NCBI GenBank assembly: GCA_903834475.1
Contig: CAILJH010000239.1
Coordinates: 24,442-88,441, forward strand
Direction: 5' to 3'
DNA: 64,000 nucleotides
Origin: an uncultured Prolixibacteraceae bacterium
GTDB lineage: Bacteria; Bacteroidota; Bacteroidia; Bacteroidales; Prolixibacteraceae
The notes beneath the pieces were generated by a model. It ran no database searches. It was not told the DNA's origin and worked only from the letters and a program-made list of their open reading frames with translations. How positions within the stretch are numbered: position 1 is the stretch's first letter; each line of letters begins with the position of its first letter. The position numbers and the translations under genes were made by a program. Below are positions 11,022 through 19,985 of this stretch, piece by piece.

Positions 11022-11270
11022 CTAAAAATTGAGCATTTTTTTCATAAACCGCTGTCCTTTCACCGACCGGTAAAAACTCGATTGCCTGATGGCTCTCATC
11101 CGGTTATCGTAGCCTTCCGAAAACATCAAAACCCAGGGACCTTTCCCTTTTGTTGGGGCAATCAGATCAGCATTGTGCATTTCAAGGACTTTCTCAAGAT
11201 CCTCAAAATAACCGTAATAGAAATCGCCTGATTCTTGTGAATAGATTGCGTAGGAATAAAACTTCATCAA
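11022..11270 (-). CDS. Small GIY-YIG family protein, probably catalytically degenerate
   Basis: YSYAIYS...YYGY..DL....HN...TKGKGPW pattern; catalytic Arg and Glu positions are substituted. Confidence 0.75.
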   Translation of the reverse strand: MMKFYSYAIYSQESGDFYYGYFEDLEKVLEMHNADLIAPTKGKGPWVLMFSEGYDNRMRAIRQSSFYRSVKGQRFMKKMLNF

Positions 11271-11279
11271 GGTATTTTT

Positions 11280-12827
11280 TTAAACATGAACGAATTTCAA
11301 CCACGAACTATTGTCCTGATAGTCTTCAACGACAACAGTTTCGACCTGATGTTTGAAACTACTCATTAAAGAAGTAATTTCCTGATTTAACATGGTTAGT
11401 CCATTGGTAATCAAATCGCTCCGGAAACCTTTTTCTCCCAGATTTATGACCATTTCGAATGATACGATTCGCCCGAGTACCTGTCCCAATTCAACCATTT
11501 TTCGTTGAGGAATATTCATATTCAATTCAAAATCAAGCATTTCTTTAAGAAAAGTTGCCGATTTGGAAGTCAGATCATAATTTTTCAGGAATTGGAATAA
11601 ATTACTTTCTTTCGTTTTTTTCATCATTTTCACCAGGCTTTCAGAAATCTGAGCATACAGAATGTCATTTGATCCTTCGAATATCTGGAATGGACGGCTG
11701 TCGGTAATGCTTCTGCCTGCGATATGATTTAATTTGTATGCCTGGGCACCAACGAGCTGAGTAGCCGATTGAGCAGCGTCCTGCATCAGGTCGGTAATGA
11801 CGCTTTTTACCGAATTGGCCTCAAACCCAATGAGAGAAAGATCGTTTTCGATACCTGCTTTTTCGCTGCTGTTGGCGCACATTGCCGAACAAATGGTATA
11901 CGAGGCCTGAAGTTTTGCAAGCCGCTGTTGAACCTGATCGTATGTAAAAAGTGGTTTTCCGCCTACTAAGCGTTGGTTGACATGGGCAATCGATTCGTCG
12001 AGTAACCGTTGAATGAAACCCATTGCCATGCCAGGAAATTGCATCCGGCTTCGGTGAAGCAAATCAAGCATCATTTTAACACCGGTAGTTTCAGGCACCA
12101 ATTTCTGAACTTTAGGAATCTCAACATCTAATCTGTTGCGGCCATATGGAATTTGAAAGAGTCCCAGATTTTCGTAAAACTCTTCAACCACTATTTGTTG
12201 TCCGGGACTATTTACGTCGCAGATAAAGAAATCAATGTCACGTTTCAAATCACCCGAATTGCTTCGTTCACGAGCGGTTAACAACCAGAATTCGGCCCAG
12301 CCTGTCAATCCAGCCCAATGTTTGGTTCCTTCGAGATGATATTTGCCGTTTTTTTCGGTAAACGAAGTTTGCATGCTCAGCGCATCACTTCCGAATCCAG
12401 GCTCGGTTATCATGAGTCCACCCATATTTTGTTGGTTCAGGAACCGGTTGAAAACCGGAGCTTTTGCTTCTTCCTGAGCATATTTGGCAACAGGCTGCAG
12501 AAATAGGGCCGAGTTAATGCCAAATGTCAAAGATAGTGCAAGTGATTCGTAGGATGCTGCTGCTAACAAAGCAAGGCATTCCTCCATTTTAGCTCCCCGG
12601 CCTCCAAATCGTGTTGGGATACCAACAGCCAAGGGATTTAGACTCATGATTTCGCGCATGACGAAAGGGGGCATTCCGCGTTTAATTGCCATCTGATCAA
12701 TGTCCGCACGAACATGAAAAACATTCTTCATGCGGGCTTTTAAATTATCCAGAAATGATTCAAACGACATATTCTGAATATTCATTCCGGTCATCGATTC
12801 TTCAACATTTAATTTGGGCTGATTCAT
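11280..12827 (-). CDS. Acyl-CoA dehydrogenase family protein
   Basis: MITEPGFGSD, LEGTKHW, QLVGAQAY, QIFEGSND. Confidence 0.88.
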   Translation of the reverse strand: MNQPKLNVEESMTGMNIQNMSFESFLDNLKARMKNVFHVRADIDQMAIKRGMPPFVMREIMSLNPLAVGIPTRFGGRGAKMEECLALLAAASYESLALSLTFGINSALFLQPVAKYAQEEAKAPVFNRFLNQQNMGGLMITEPGFGSDALSMQTSFTEKNGKYHLEGTKHWAGLTGWAEFWLLTARERSNSGDLKRDIDFFICDVNSPGQQIVVEEFYENLGLFQIPYGRNRLDVEIPKVQKLVPETTGVKMMLDLLHRSRMQFPGMAMGFIQRLLDESIAHVNQRLVGGKPLFTYDQVQQRLAKLQASYTICSAMCANSSEKAGIENDLSLIGFEANSVKSVITDLMQDAAQSATQLVGAQAYKLNHIAGRSITDSRPFQIFEGSNDILYAQISESLVKMMKKTKESNLFQFLKNYDLTSKSATFLKEMLDFELNMNIPQRKMVELGQVLGRIVSFEMVINLGEKGFRSDLITNGLTMLNQEITSLMSSFKHQVETVVVEDYQDNSSWLKFVHV

Positions 12828-13162
12828 TAATTTAAAGTTTTTGTTACAAAAATATCCCGAAGGAAGTTATCGTGAAAAAGTATTTATTATTCCTAAGAAC
12901 AGATAACACCTGATTGATGTGAATGTTTTGATACAGGTAGATTGAATCGTGCAAAAGTACAAATAATTGTTAGCCACATCGATTGGCAGTAATTATAAAT
13001 TGAATCCGGGCAAAAGCGACGATCTTCTTCGCTTTGCCAGCAGCGAATCCGGATGATTTTGAAACTTGAATTTTGGCATTTATAGGCAGAAAGAAATTTT
13101 TGGATTCAGAAATGTTGTAATTTTAAAAACTGTTACCATACTTATATTCAAAACTTAAAAAG

Positions 13163-14503
13163 ATGAAGAAGAAATCGAATAGACTTTTACCCTATGGAAT
13201 TGCATTGGTGGTGATCGTCATCATTGTACTGGTTGCCGGGAAAAAACTGGGTTGGTTTGGAAAAGACTACCAAATCAATGTCTCAACCAAAATAGTTGAA
13301 AGTAAAACCATTACTGAGTTGATTACAGCCAACGGTAAAGTTCAGCCTGAAACTGAGGTCAAAATCAGTCCTGATGTTTCCGGAGAGATTATTGAGATGC
13401 AGATTGAAGAAGGGAATGAGGTTACAAAAGGCCAGTTGTTAATGGTCATTAAACCTGATATGTACATTCAGGCATACAACCGGGCATTGGCCAGTTTAAG
13501 TTCGTCGCAGGCAAGGCTTGCCCAAACGGAAGCACGCCTGATTGAAAGCGATATGGCTTTCAAACGTGCGAATTCACTGTTCAAACAGGATGCAATCCCG
13601 GTTTCAGATTTCGAATCGGCTGAAGCTTCAAATAAAGTCGCGCTTTCAGAAGTAAAAGCTGCGCAATATGCTGTAAAATCAGCCGAAGCATCAGTAGCTG
13701 AGGCCCAGGAACAGCTTGTTAAAACTAAAATTTATTCTCCGATGGACGGAACCGTGGCTCGCCTCAATGTAGAAAAAGGCGAACGCGTAGTTGGAACTAA
13801 CATGTATGCAGGAACCGAAACAATGGTCATTGCCAATTTGAACCTGATGGAAGTTAAAGTGGATGTCAATGAAAATGACATTGTGCGGGTGAATATGAAT
13901 GATACCGCGTTGGTGGAAGTTGATGCTTACCTGGGTCGAAAATTTAAAGGAATTGTGACTGAAATTGCCAATTCGGCCAATGTCGTTGGTGGCTCAACCG
14001 ATCAGGTTACCAATTTTAACGTAAAAATTCTCCTTCTTGAAGAATCTTATAAAGATTTGATTGGCACTGTTGGCGGCAAAAAATATCCTTTTCGCCCCGG
14101 AATGTCGGCCACGGTTGATATTCAGACCGAGACCAGGAAAAATGTAATTTCTGTGCCGATTCAGGCAGTAACAACCAGGGCTTTAAAAGAGAGTAAAAAA
14201 GTTGAAGCGAAGAAGGAAGACGTTGAGAAAACTGAAGATGAAACCGGACCGGTTACCAAACAGGGAGCAAAATCAGAAGACGACAAAAAGGTTGAGGTAG
14301 TCTTTGTTTATAAAGATGGAAAAGTAAAAAAACAGTCTGTAAAAACGGGAATCCAGGATAGCGAGAACATTGAAATTCTGCAAGGTTTAAAAGCTGGCGA
14401 CGAGATTGTGGTAGCTCCTTTTAATGCCATAAACAAACTACTCAACGACAGTTCGGAAGTTAAAAAAGTGGATGAAAAGGAACTGTTTAAGGTAAAAAAA
14501 TAA
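13163..14503 (+). CDS. Efflux RND/ABC periplasmic adaptor (HlyD/MacA family)
   Basis: N-terminal TM, ISPDVSGEI, coiled coil, IYSPMDGTV, RPGMSATVDI. Confidence 0.9.
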   Translation: MKKKSNRLLPYGIALVVIVIIVLVAGKKLGWFGKDYQINVSTKIVESKTITELITANGKVQPETEVKISPDVSGEIIEMQIEEGNEVTKGQLLMVIKPDMYIQAYNRALASLSSSQARLAQTEARLIESDMAFKRANSLFKQDAIPVSDFESAEASNKVALSEVKAAQYAVKSAEASVAEAQEQLVKTKIYSPMDGTVARLNVEKGERVVGTNMYAGTETMVIANLNLMEVKVDVNENDIVRVNMNDTALVEVDAYLGRKFKGIVTEIANSANVVGGSTDQVTNFNVKILLLEESYKDLIGTVGGKKYPFRPGMSATVDIQTETRKNVISVPIQAVTTRALKESKKVEAKKEDVEKTEDETGPVTKQGAKSEDDKKVEVVFVYKDGKVKKQSVKTGIQDSENIEILQGLKAGDEIVVAPFNAINKLLNDSSEVKKVDEKELFKVKK

Positions 14504-14561
14504 CCCTTATGCAATGAATACAGGTAAGTGTTGATATTAAGTAAGCGTTAGAAATTATATC

Positions 14562-14597
14562 AAAAAAACCGGTACAGTTGATGTTTCGGTTTTTTTT
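14562..14597 (+). terminator. Intrinsic terminator
   Basis: A-run + CCGGTACA...TGTTTCGG + T-run after the adaptor gene. Confidence 0.6.
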
Positions 14598-14950
14598 GTT
14601 GCAACTCCGAAGAACAAATCGATTCAGCTTTTATCGGTCAATTCTTGAAAAGAAACTAATTTCAGGGTAATTCTCATATATCAGAGACTTTAACAGATCG
14701 GTCTTCAATTCGAACTTTTTCTCAATTGTTTCCAGGCACTTTGTCACAGATAAGCCAATCCATTTCTTTTCCATCAGCAAGCTCCTTCTTTTATTGGATT
14801 GGATTTATCGTTTTTCAGAGGAATTTCTTACTTTGCAAATGCAAATTGGGATTGAATTCAACGAAATGCAATATAGATGCAATTTCTATTGGATGAATCC
14901 CAAAACGACTTTGATCCAGGTTAACTAATTTCATAATAATAACTGACAAA

Positions 14951-17419
14951 ATGAGCGCCATTATCAACCGATCGTTTCCGGAAAAAAATGCGATTATTGC
15001 AAGCCAGGGCGATATCACATACAGCCAGTTTCTCAAGCATGTTCAGCAGTTTGCCCAGCTTTTTGAAAACAAAGGTTACGCGAAAGTGGCTATTTATGCT
15101 GAAAATAGTCCGTCCTGGATATTTGCGCTTTATGCCGCACTTCAAAATAATTGCATTGCAATTCCGATCGACTTTTTAGCTTCGGCAGAAGATGTGGCAT
15201 ACATCATAGACGATTGCCAGCCCGAATTGCTTTTTGTAAGTGCTGCAATGAGCGAATCACTCGTGAAAATTGATCAGAAAACCAAACATAAACCTGAAAT
15301 CAGGATTTTTGAAGACATCATTCCTGACGAAAGCATAGGAGAAAGCCAGTGGACCGGACCTGACGATAATGAAACTACCGCAGTGATTATCTATACTTCA
15401 GGAACAACCGGCAGCCCGAAAGGAGTAATGCTTTCGTACACCAACTTGCATGAGAATATGGCTTCAGTAATAGCCTGTAAGATTTTTATTCCTGAACGGG
15501 AAGTGATGATTTTTTTACCACTTCACCATGTTTTTCCACTCGTAGGTTCTTTGCTGACGCCTTTATTTGTAGGCAGCACCATGGTAATGGTTCCCTCTAT
15601 GCAATCGGCCGATCTGATGAAAACATTCACTGATAACGAGGTCGGCGTATTTTTAGGAGTACCTCGTTTGTATGAGCTGATGTATCGCGGAATCAAGGCT
15701 AAAATCGATAAAAGTCTGGTTGGAAGAACACTGCTTTGGGTGGTTCTGAAAACGAAAAACCGGAGTCTGGGGAAAAAGGTTTTCAAAAAAGTTCATGATG
15801 GTTTTGGCGGCCATTTGCAGTTTATGATTGCCGGAGGGGCCGCTCTGAATAAAGAAGTTGGCACATTCTTCTATGGTATAGGGTTCGATATTCTTGAAGG
15901 ATTTGGCATGACAGAAGCTGCTCCAATGATCACATTTCCTCGTCCGGGAAGGGTGAAAATTGGTTCCACAGGAGAGGCACTAACCGGTTTGTCTGTTGAA
16001 ATTCGCGAAGGCGAAATTGTTGCCAAAGGCCCAAGCATAATGAAGGGTTATTACAACCGGCCTCAGGAAACTGCCGATGTAATTATAGATGGCTGGCTAC
16101 ATACCGGCGATTTGGGTTATCTGGATAAAGACGGTTTTCTCTACATCACCGGTCGGAAAAAGGAAATCATCGTGTTGCCGAACGGCAAAAATATCAATCC
16201 GGTTGAGGTAGAAATGAAACTTGATGCTTTTTCACCGGCGATTAAGGAAGCCGGCGTTTTTATGCATAACGAGATGCTCCATGCAGTGATTTTCCCGGAT
16301 GAAGGGTTCCTGACTCAAAACAGTATTACAGACGCCAAGCTATATTTCAGGGAAAAGGTAATTTCCCCCTTCAATGCCGAGATGAGTTCCTACAAGCGCA
16401 TTATGCAGTTCACTCTGGTGAACACAGAATTGCCGCGCACCCGATTATCTAAACTTCAGCGATTCAAACTGGCCGAATTACTCGAAATAAAAGAGACAAA
16501 AAAGACCTCCGCTGAAGAGCCAAATTCAACGGAATACCTTGCCATCAAATCGTTTATCGAACGGCAGGTTGATATGGATATTTTGCCTGATCATCACCTG
16601 GAATTCGATATCTCGATGGACTCGCTCGGGAAACTGAGCCTGATCGACTTCATCGAAAAAACCTTCGGGATTAAATTCAACGAGGAGCAATTGATGAAAT
16701 TCCCATCCATCCGGAATATTGCTGAATACATTCAGAAGCACAAGCTTTTTCATAAAACGGAGCAGGAGTCGGGATGGGCGACCGGTTTGAAAGATGATTC
16801 GGCTGTAATTTTGCCCAAATCATCGGTTTTTCTTGAACCGATCGTGAGATTCGTTCGCGGAGTTTTCCGCTTGGTTTTTAAGATTGAAGCCCGTGGAATG
16901 GAAAATATTCCTGAAGGACCTTGCTTTCTGGCACCCAACCACGAAAGCAAACTCGATCCATTCCTCGTGCTTTCGTACCTCGACCAGCCAATTCTGAAGA
17001 ACACCTTCTCGTATGCCAAAAAGGAACACATGAACAGCTGGTTACACCGTTATGTGGCACGAAACAGCAACGTGATTGTTATGGATCTTTCGAAAGATCT
17101 GAAAGAATCTATTCTGAAAATGGCCGAGGTGGTGAAACAAGGCAAGAAAATCCTGATTTTTCCGGAAGGAACCCGCACGCTGAGCGGAAAACTGGGCGAA
17201 TTTAAAAAAACGTATGCCATTCTAAGTACTGAACTGAATATCCCGGTTGTTCCGGTTGCCATTACCGGAGCTTTTGAGGCCATGTCGTCAGGAGCTAAAA
17301 AAATCAAACGGGGTGAGAAAATCTCCATTGAGTATTTACCTGCAGTTTATCCGGAAGGATTAAAACCAGAGGAACTGAATGACCTTGTAAAACAGCAAAT
17401 TGTTGAGGCAAAAAAATAA
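14951..17419 (+). CDS. Long-chain acyl ligase (AMP-binding) - acyl carrier - PlsC-type acyltransferase fusion
   Basis: YTSGTTGSPKG, GFGMTE, TGDLG; carrier motif MDSLG; NHESKLD and FPEGTR acyltransferase motifs. Confidence 0.9.
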   Translation: MSAIINRSFPEKNAIIASQGDITYSQFLKHVQQFAQLFENKGYAKVAIYAENSPSWIFALYAALQNNCIAIPIDFLASAEDVAYIIDDCQPELLFVSAAMSESLVKIDQKTKHKPEIRIFEDIIPDESIGESQWTGPDDNETTAVIIYTSGTTGSPKGVMLSYTNLHENMASVIACKIFIPEREVMIFLPLHHVFPLVGSLLTPLFVGSTMVMVPSMQSADLMKTFTDNEVGVFLGVPRLYELMYRGIKAKIDKSLVGRTLLWVVLKTKNRSLGKKVFKKVHDGFGGHLQFMIAGGAALNKEVGTFFYGIGFDILEGFGMTEAAPMITFPRPGRVKIGSTGEALTGLSVEIREGEIVAKGPSIMKGYYNRPQETADVIIDGWLHTGDLGYLDKDGFLYITGRKKEIIVLPNGKNINPVEVEMKLDAFSPAIKEAGVFMHNEMLHAVIFPDEGFLTQNSITDAKLYFREKVISPFNAEMSSYKRIMQFTLVNTELPRTRLSKLQRFKLAELLEIKETKKTSAEEPNSTEYLAIKSFIERQVDMDILPDHHLEFDISMDSLGKLSLIDFIEKTFGIKFNEEQLMKFPSIRNIAEYIQKHKLFHKTEQESGWATGLKDDSAVILPKSSVFLEPIVRFVRGVFRLVFKIEARGMENIPEGPCFLAPNHESKLDPFLVLSYLDQPILKNTFSYAKKEHMNSWLHRYVARNSNVIVMDLSKDLKESILKMAEVVKQGKKILIFPEGTRTLSGKLGEFKKTYAILSTELNIPVVPVAITGAFEAMSSGAKKIKRGEKISIEYLPAVYPEGLKPEELNDLVKQQIVEAKK

Positions 17420-17511
17420 GTGATTTACAAATTCCGTTAGCTGAAACTGACGTCAACGGTGAATATGTTTGTCATCACCAGCCACATAGTGCTTTCTTTG
17501 AAAAGTTTCGC

Positions 17512-17550
17512 AAACCTTCCCCCCTTTGGGGGAATTGAAGGGTTTTTTTT
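17512..17550. repeat. REP-like palindrome / terminator CCCCC-TTT-GGGGG-AATTGAAGGG
   Basis: Inner C/G hairpin within outer AAACCTTC/GAAGGGTTT arms, followed by a T-run, between convergent genes. Confidence 0.5.
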
Positions 17551-17556
17551 GTTTAT

Positions 17557-17958
17557 CTATTGATAGGGCAACTTGTTCGTTTCCGGTTTGCTGCCTTCTT
17601 CTTTTAGAACTTCTACAACCTCATAGTTGCTCATGCCGCGCCAGGGAAGAGTGTGGAGGTATTCTTTGTACCGGAGTTCAACAACCTTTCCGCTGTTATG
17701 CTCCAAAATGGCGGCGATACTGTCGCTGGTTACGCTGAAATCAAATTCGTTGCTTTGTAAAGCGCCTGGAGTGGCTGACTTGAAACCATCCTGGATCAGA
17801 CGGCCCTCATACGTTTTAAAGACAAAACCCTTTTTCACGAAGAAATTGAGATTACCAGCTTTTACGCCCTCACCGAAAACAAAATAGTATCTCCACCAGA
17901 AACTAATGGCAATAATCAGAAGCAAAATGAGTAATGTAAAGCGTAAAAATTTTTTCAT
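17557..17958 (-). CDS. Conserved membrane-anchored hypothetical protein
   Basis: N-terminal TM, KKGFVFKTYEG, VELRYKE..LPWRG; no dehydrogenase motif. Confidence 0.7.
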   Translation of the reverse strand: MKKFLRFTLLILLLIIAISFWWRYYFVFGEGVKAGNLNFFVKKGFVFKTYEGRLIQDGFKSATPGALQSNEFDFSVTSDSIAAILEHNSGKVVELRYKEYLHTLPWRGMSNYEVVEVLKEEGSKPETNKLPYQ

Positions 17959-18021
17959 AGTATTCAAAATTAAGTGGTCGAAGTCAGGAATTAATATCGG
18001 TGTGAAATATGGTCATAGTAT

Positions 18022-18531
18022 CTATTTTACCTTTCTGCTTTTCCCTTCAATATAGGTAAAGAATTTTTCTCCGTCCTGCGACATTTCAAATTTAGTATTT
18101 ACAATTGCATCCTCCAATAGGGAATAACTCAAACGGAAAGTGGGAACATTTGGAATTTTTTCACTTGTAAAAACGATTGATTTGTCGGAATAAGTTATGG
18201 AATATTTGATCGTGTGGCCTTCGTTGTCGAAGTAGATTGCTTTGTTTGGATTTTCCGGATTATCAAGGTAAACAACCATCAGATCGTCGTGAATAATTTC
18301 CGGTTTATTTGCGCTTGCCGGATATTCCGAATGGCTTTTCCTGATCAGTATTTTCTGGTCAAGATCGGGTTTGAATGAAAAGGTTCCAGCTCCATGCCCT
18401 GGCTGGCCGCTGCCTTCGCCAATCCAATCGCCCATTAACCAGTTCCATTTGTCCCAGACTGGATTTTTCTGACCGAAGGAAGTGAATAAAAATCCTGATA
18501 AAACAATCGTAAGAATCCATTTTGCTGTCAT
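18022..18531 (-). CDS. Exported hypothetical protein, probable beta-barrel (nitrobindin/DUF1579-like)
   Basis: Signal peptide, WLMGDWIGEG, YFDNEGH, alternating beta strands. Confidence 0.55.
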   Translation of the reverse strand: MTAKWILTIVLSGFLFTSFGQKNPVWDKWNWLMGDWIGEGSGQPGHGAGTFSFKPDLDQKILIRKSHSEYPASANKPEIIHDDLMVVYLDNPENPNKAIYFDNEGHTIKYSITYSDKSIVFTSEKIPNVPTFRLSYSLLEDAIVNTKFEMSQDGEKFFTYIEGKSRKVK

Positions 18532-18541
18532 TCGGACAGGT

Positions 18542-19981
18542 TTATTTAGCATTATTTAAGAAGTTTTTCAGAATAATTCCGGCAACAGCATTGAAATCAT
18601 CGTTGTAATGATGAGTTCCAGGCAACGTTTCAATTTTGGTGCCAGGTACTGAAAAACTATTTCGTACTTCCTCTTTTTCTTCCTCGCCAAAAATGCAAAC
18701 CGGGTTCATGGCTGGGATTTGTTTCAGTTGAGCCGGAACATTGTACTTGTCTTTGGTCGACAGGTGCAGCATGTCCGAAATATGAATCTCGAAATCACCG
18801 GTCACATCAGGCGAAAAACAATAAACTCCTTTCAGGGATTCCTTTAATTCTTCCGAAAAATTGCTGGCAACAAAAGGAGCAACACAGGCTCCAAACGAAT
18901 ACCCGAGTAGTACAAACGATGTCCGGTTCCACAATTGCATGTAGTGTTTGATTGCAATCGTGATATCATCGGCAGTTTCTTTGGGTTGTTTTTCGTTCCA
19001 GAAGTATTTCTGTGCATCAAGCCCGACGACTGGCATGCCTTTCTCCGCCATTTTTTCGCTCACTGACTGGTCAAAACTTGTCCAGCCACCATCTCCTGAA
19101 ATAAAAAAAGCAAGCGGCAGATCTTCTTTTCCAGAGGTTGGAATCAATGTCAGGGGAAGGTCACTTTTCAGGAGCAATTCGTTTTGTGATTGTAGCAATT
19201 CGTTCTTCGAAGCTGTTTTTTCGGCAAAGTCAGGTTCGTTCTGAATTTTCTCATAGGCCGAAATATACTGCGGCATCCAGTTTCTGGCAACCGCAAAACC
19301 ATGTCCTACATTTGGAATTTCCATTAATTCGGCCCCGGGCATTGCGTTAATGTACTTTCTGGTGGCAACCATATTGCAAACCAGATCCTTCTGGCCGTTG
19401 AACGCGATAAAAGGAGCAGTTAACTGAACACAAGGTTCGAGATACCAGGCTGGCTGTTTCCCTTTTATCGGATGAGATTTCAGGCCCGAACCGGTGCAAA
19501 GCGGACGGTCGATTTCGATGTCGGGGCAAAAGCCGAACGAGATTGCACCTTTGAATGTGTTGGCCGGAGCCTGAGCCAGCATTCCGTATGCAAAAGTTGC
19601 ACCTGACGAATAACCAACCAAAATGGGTTTATAATATTGGGCAAAATGATATTTTTTCTGAAGAGTCAGGCTCATTTCCTCGAAATCGCCAGCCGGATAA
19701 TAGCATCTGGCCCTGGATTCTTTTTTGATTTTTAAGTAATGAACCAGATCAATTCCGGCGACCATCGCGCCCTGGCTGACGATATTTCCGGCGATGTCTT
19801 TCACGCCTTTATTCCAGCCTCCATCGCCTGAAATAAAGAGTACAAAGGAATCGGGTACACCTTTGGGATGATAAATAGTTATCTTGCCAAAAGCACCGTA
19901 TGACAACGAATCAACCTTATTCGCAATGGATTTGATTCCTGAAATAAAAGATAAAAACAAAATAAAAATGGCGCGCATCAT
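18542..19981 (-). CDS. acvB: AcvB/VirJ family aminoacyl-phosphatidylglycerol hydrolase (two VirJ domains)
   Basis: Two SGDGGW motifs, GYSSGA and GYSFGA nucleophile elbows, GTHHYNDD; directly downstream of mprF. Confidence 0.88.
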   Translation of the reverse strand: MMRAIFILFLSFISGIKSIANKVDSLSYGAFGKITIYHPKGVPDSFVLFISGDGGWNKGVKDIAGNIVSQGAMVAGIDLVHYLKIKKESRARCYYPAGDFEEMSLTLQKKYHFAQYYKPILVGYSSGATFAYGMLAQAPANTFKGAISFGFCPDIEIDRPLCTGSGLKSHPIKGKQPAWYLEPCVQLTAPFIAFNGQKDLVCNMVATRKYINAMPGAELMEIPNVGHGFAVARNWMPQYISAYEKIQNEPDFAEKTASKNELLQSQNELLLKSDLPLTLIPTSGKEDLPLAFFISGDGGWTSFDQSVSEKMAEKGMPVVGLDAQKYFWNEKQPKETADDITIAIKHYMQLWNRTSFVLLGYSFGACVAPFVASNFSEELKESLKGVYCFSPDVTGDFEIHISDMLHLSTKDKYNVPAQLKQIPAMNPVCIFGEEEKEEVRNSFSVPGTKIETLPGTHHYNDDFNAVAGIILKNFLNNAK

Positions 19982-19985
19982 GGTT

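Noticed and set aside
13004-13054. GC-rich hairpin in the divergent intergenic region
   Set aside because: No match to an RNA family I recognise, no U-tract and no second copy.
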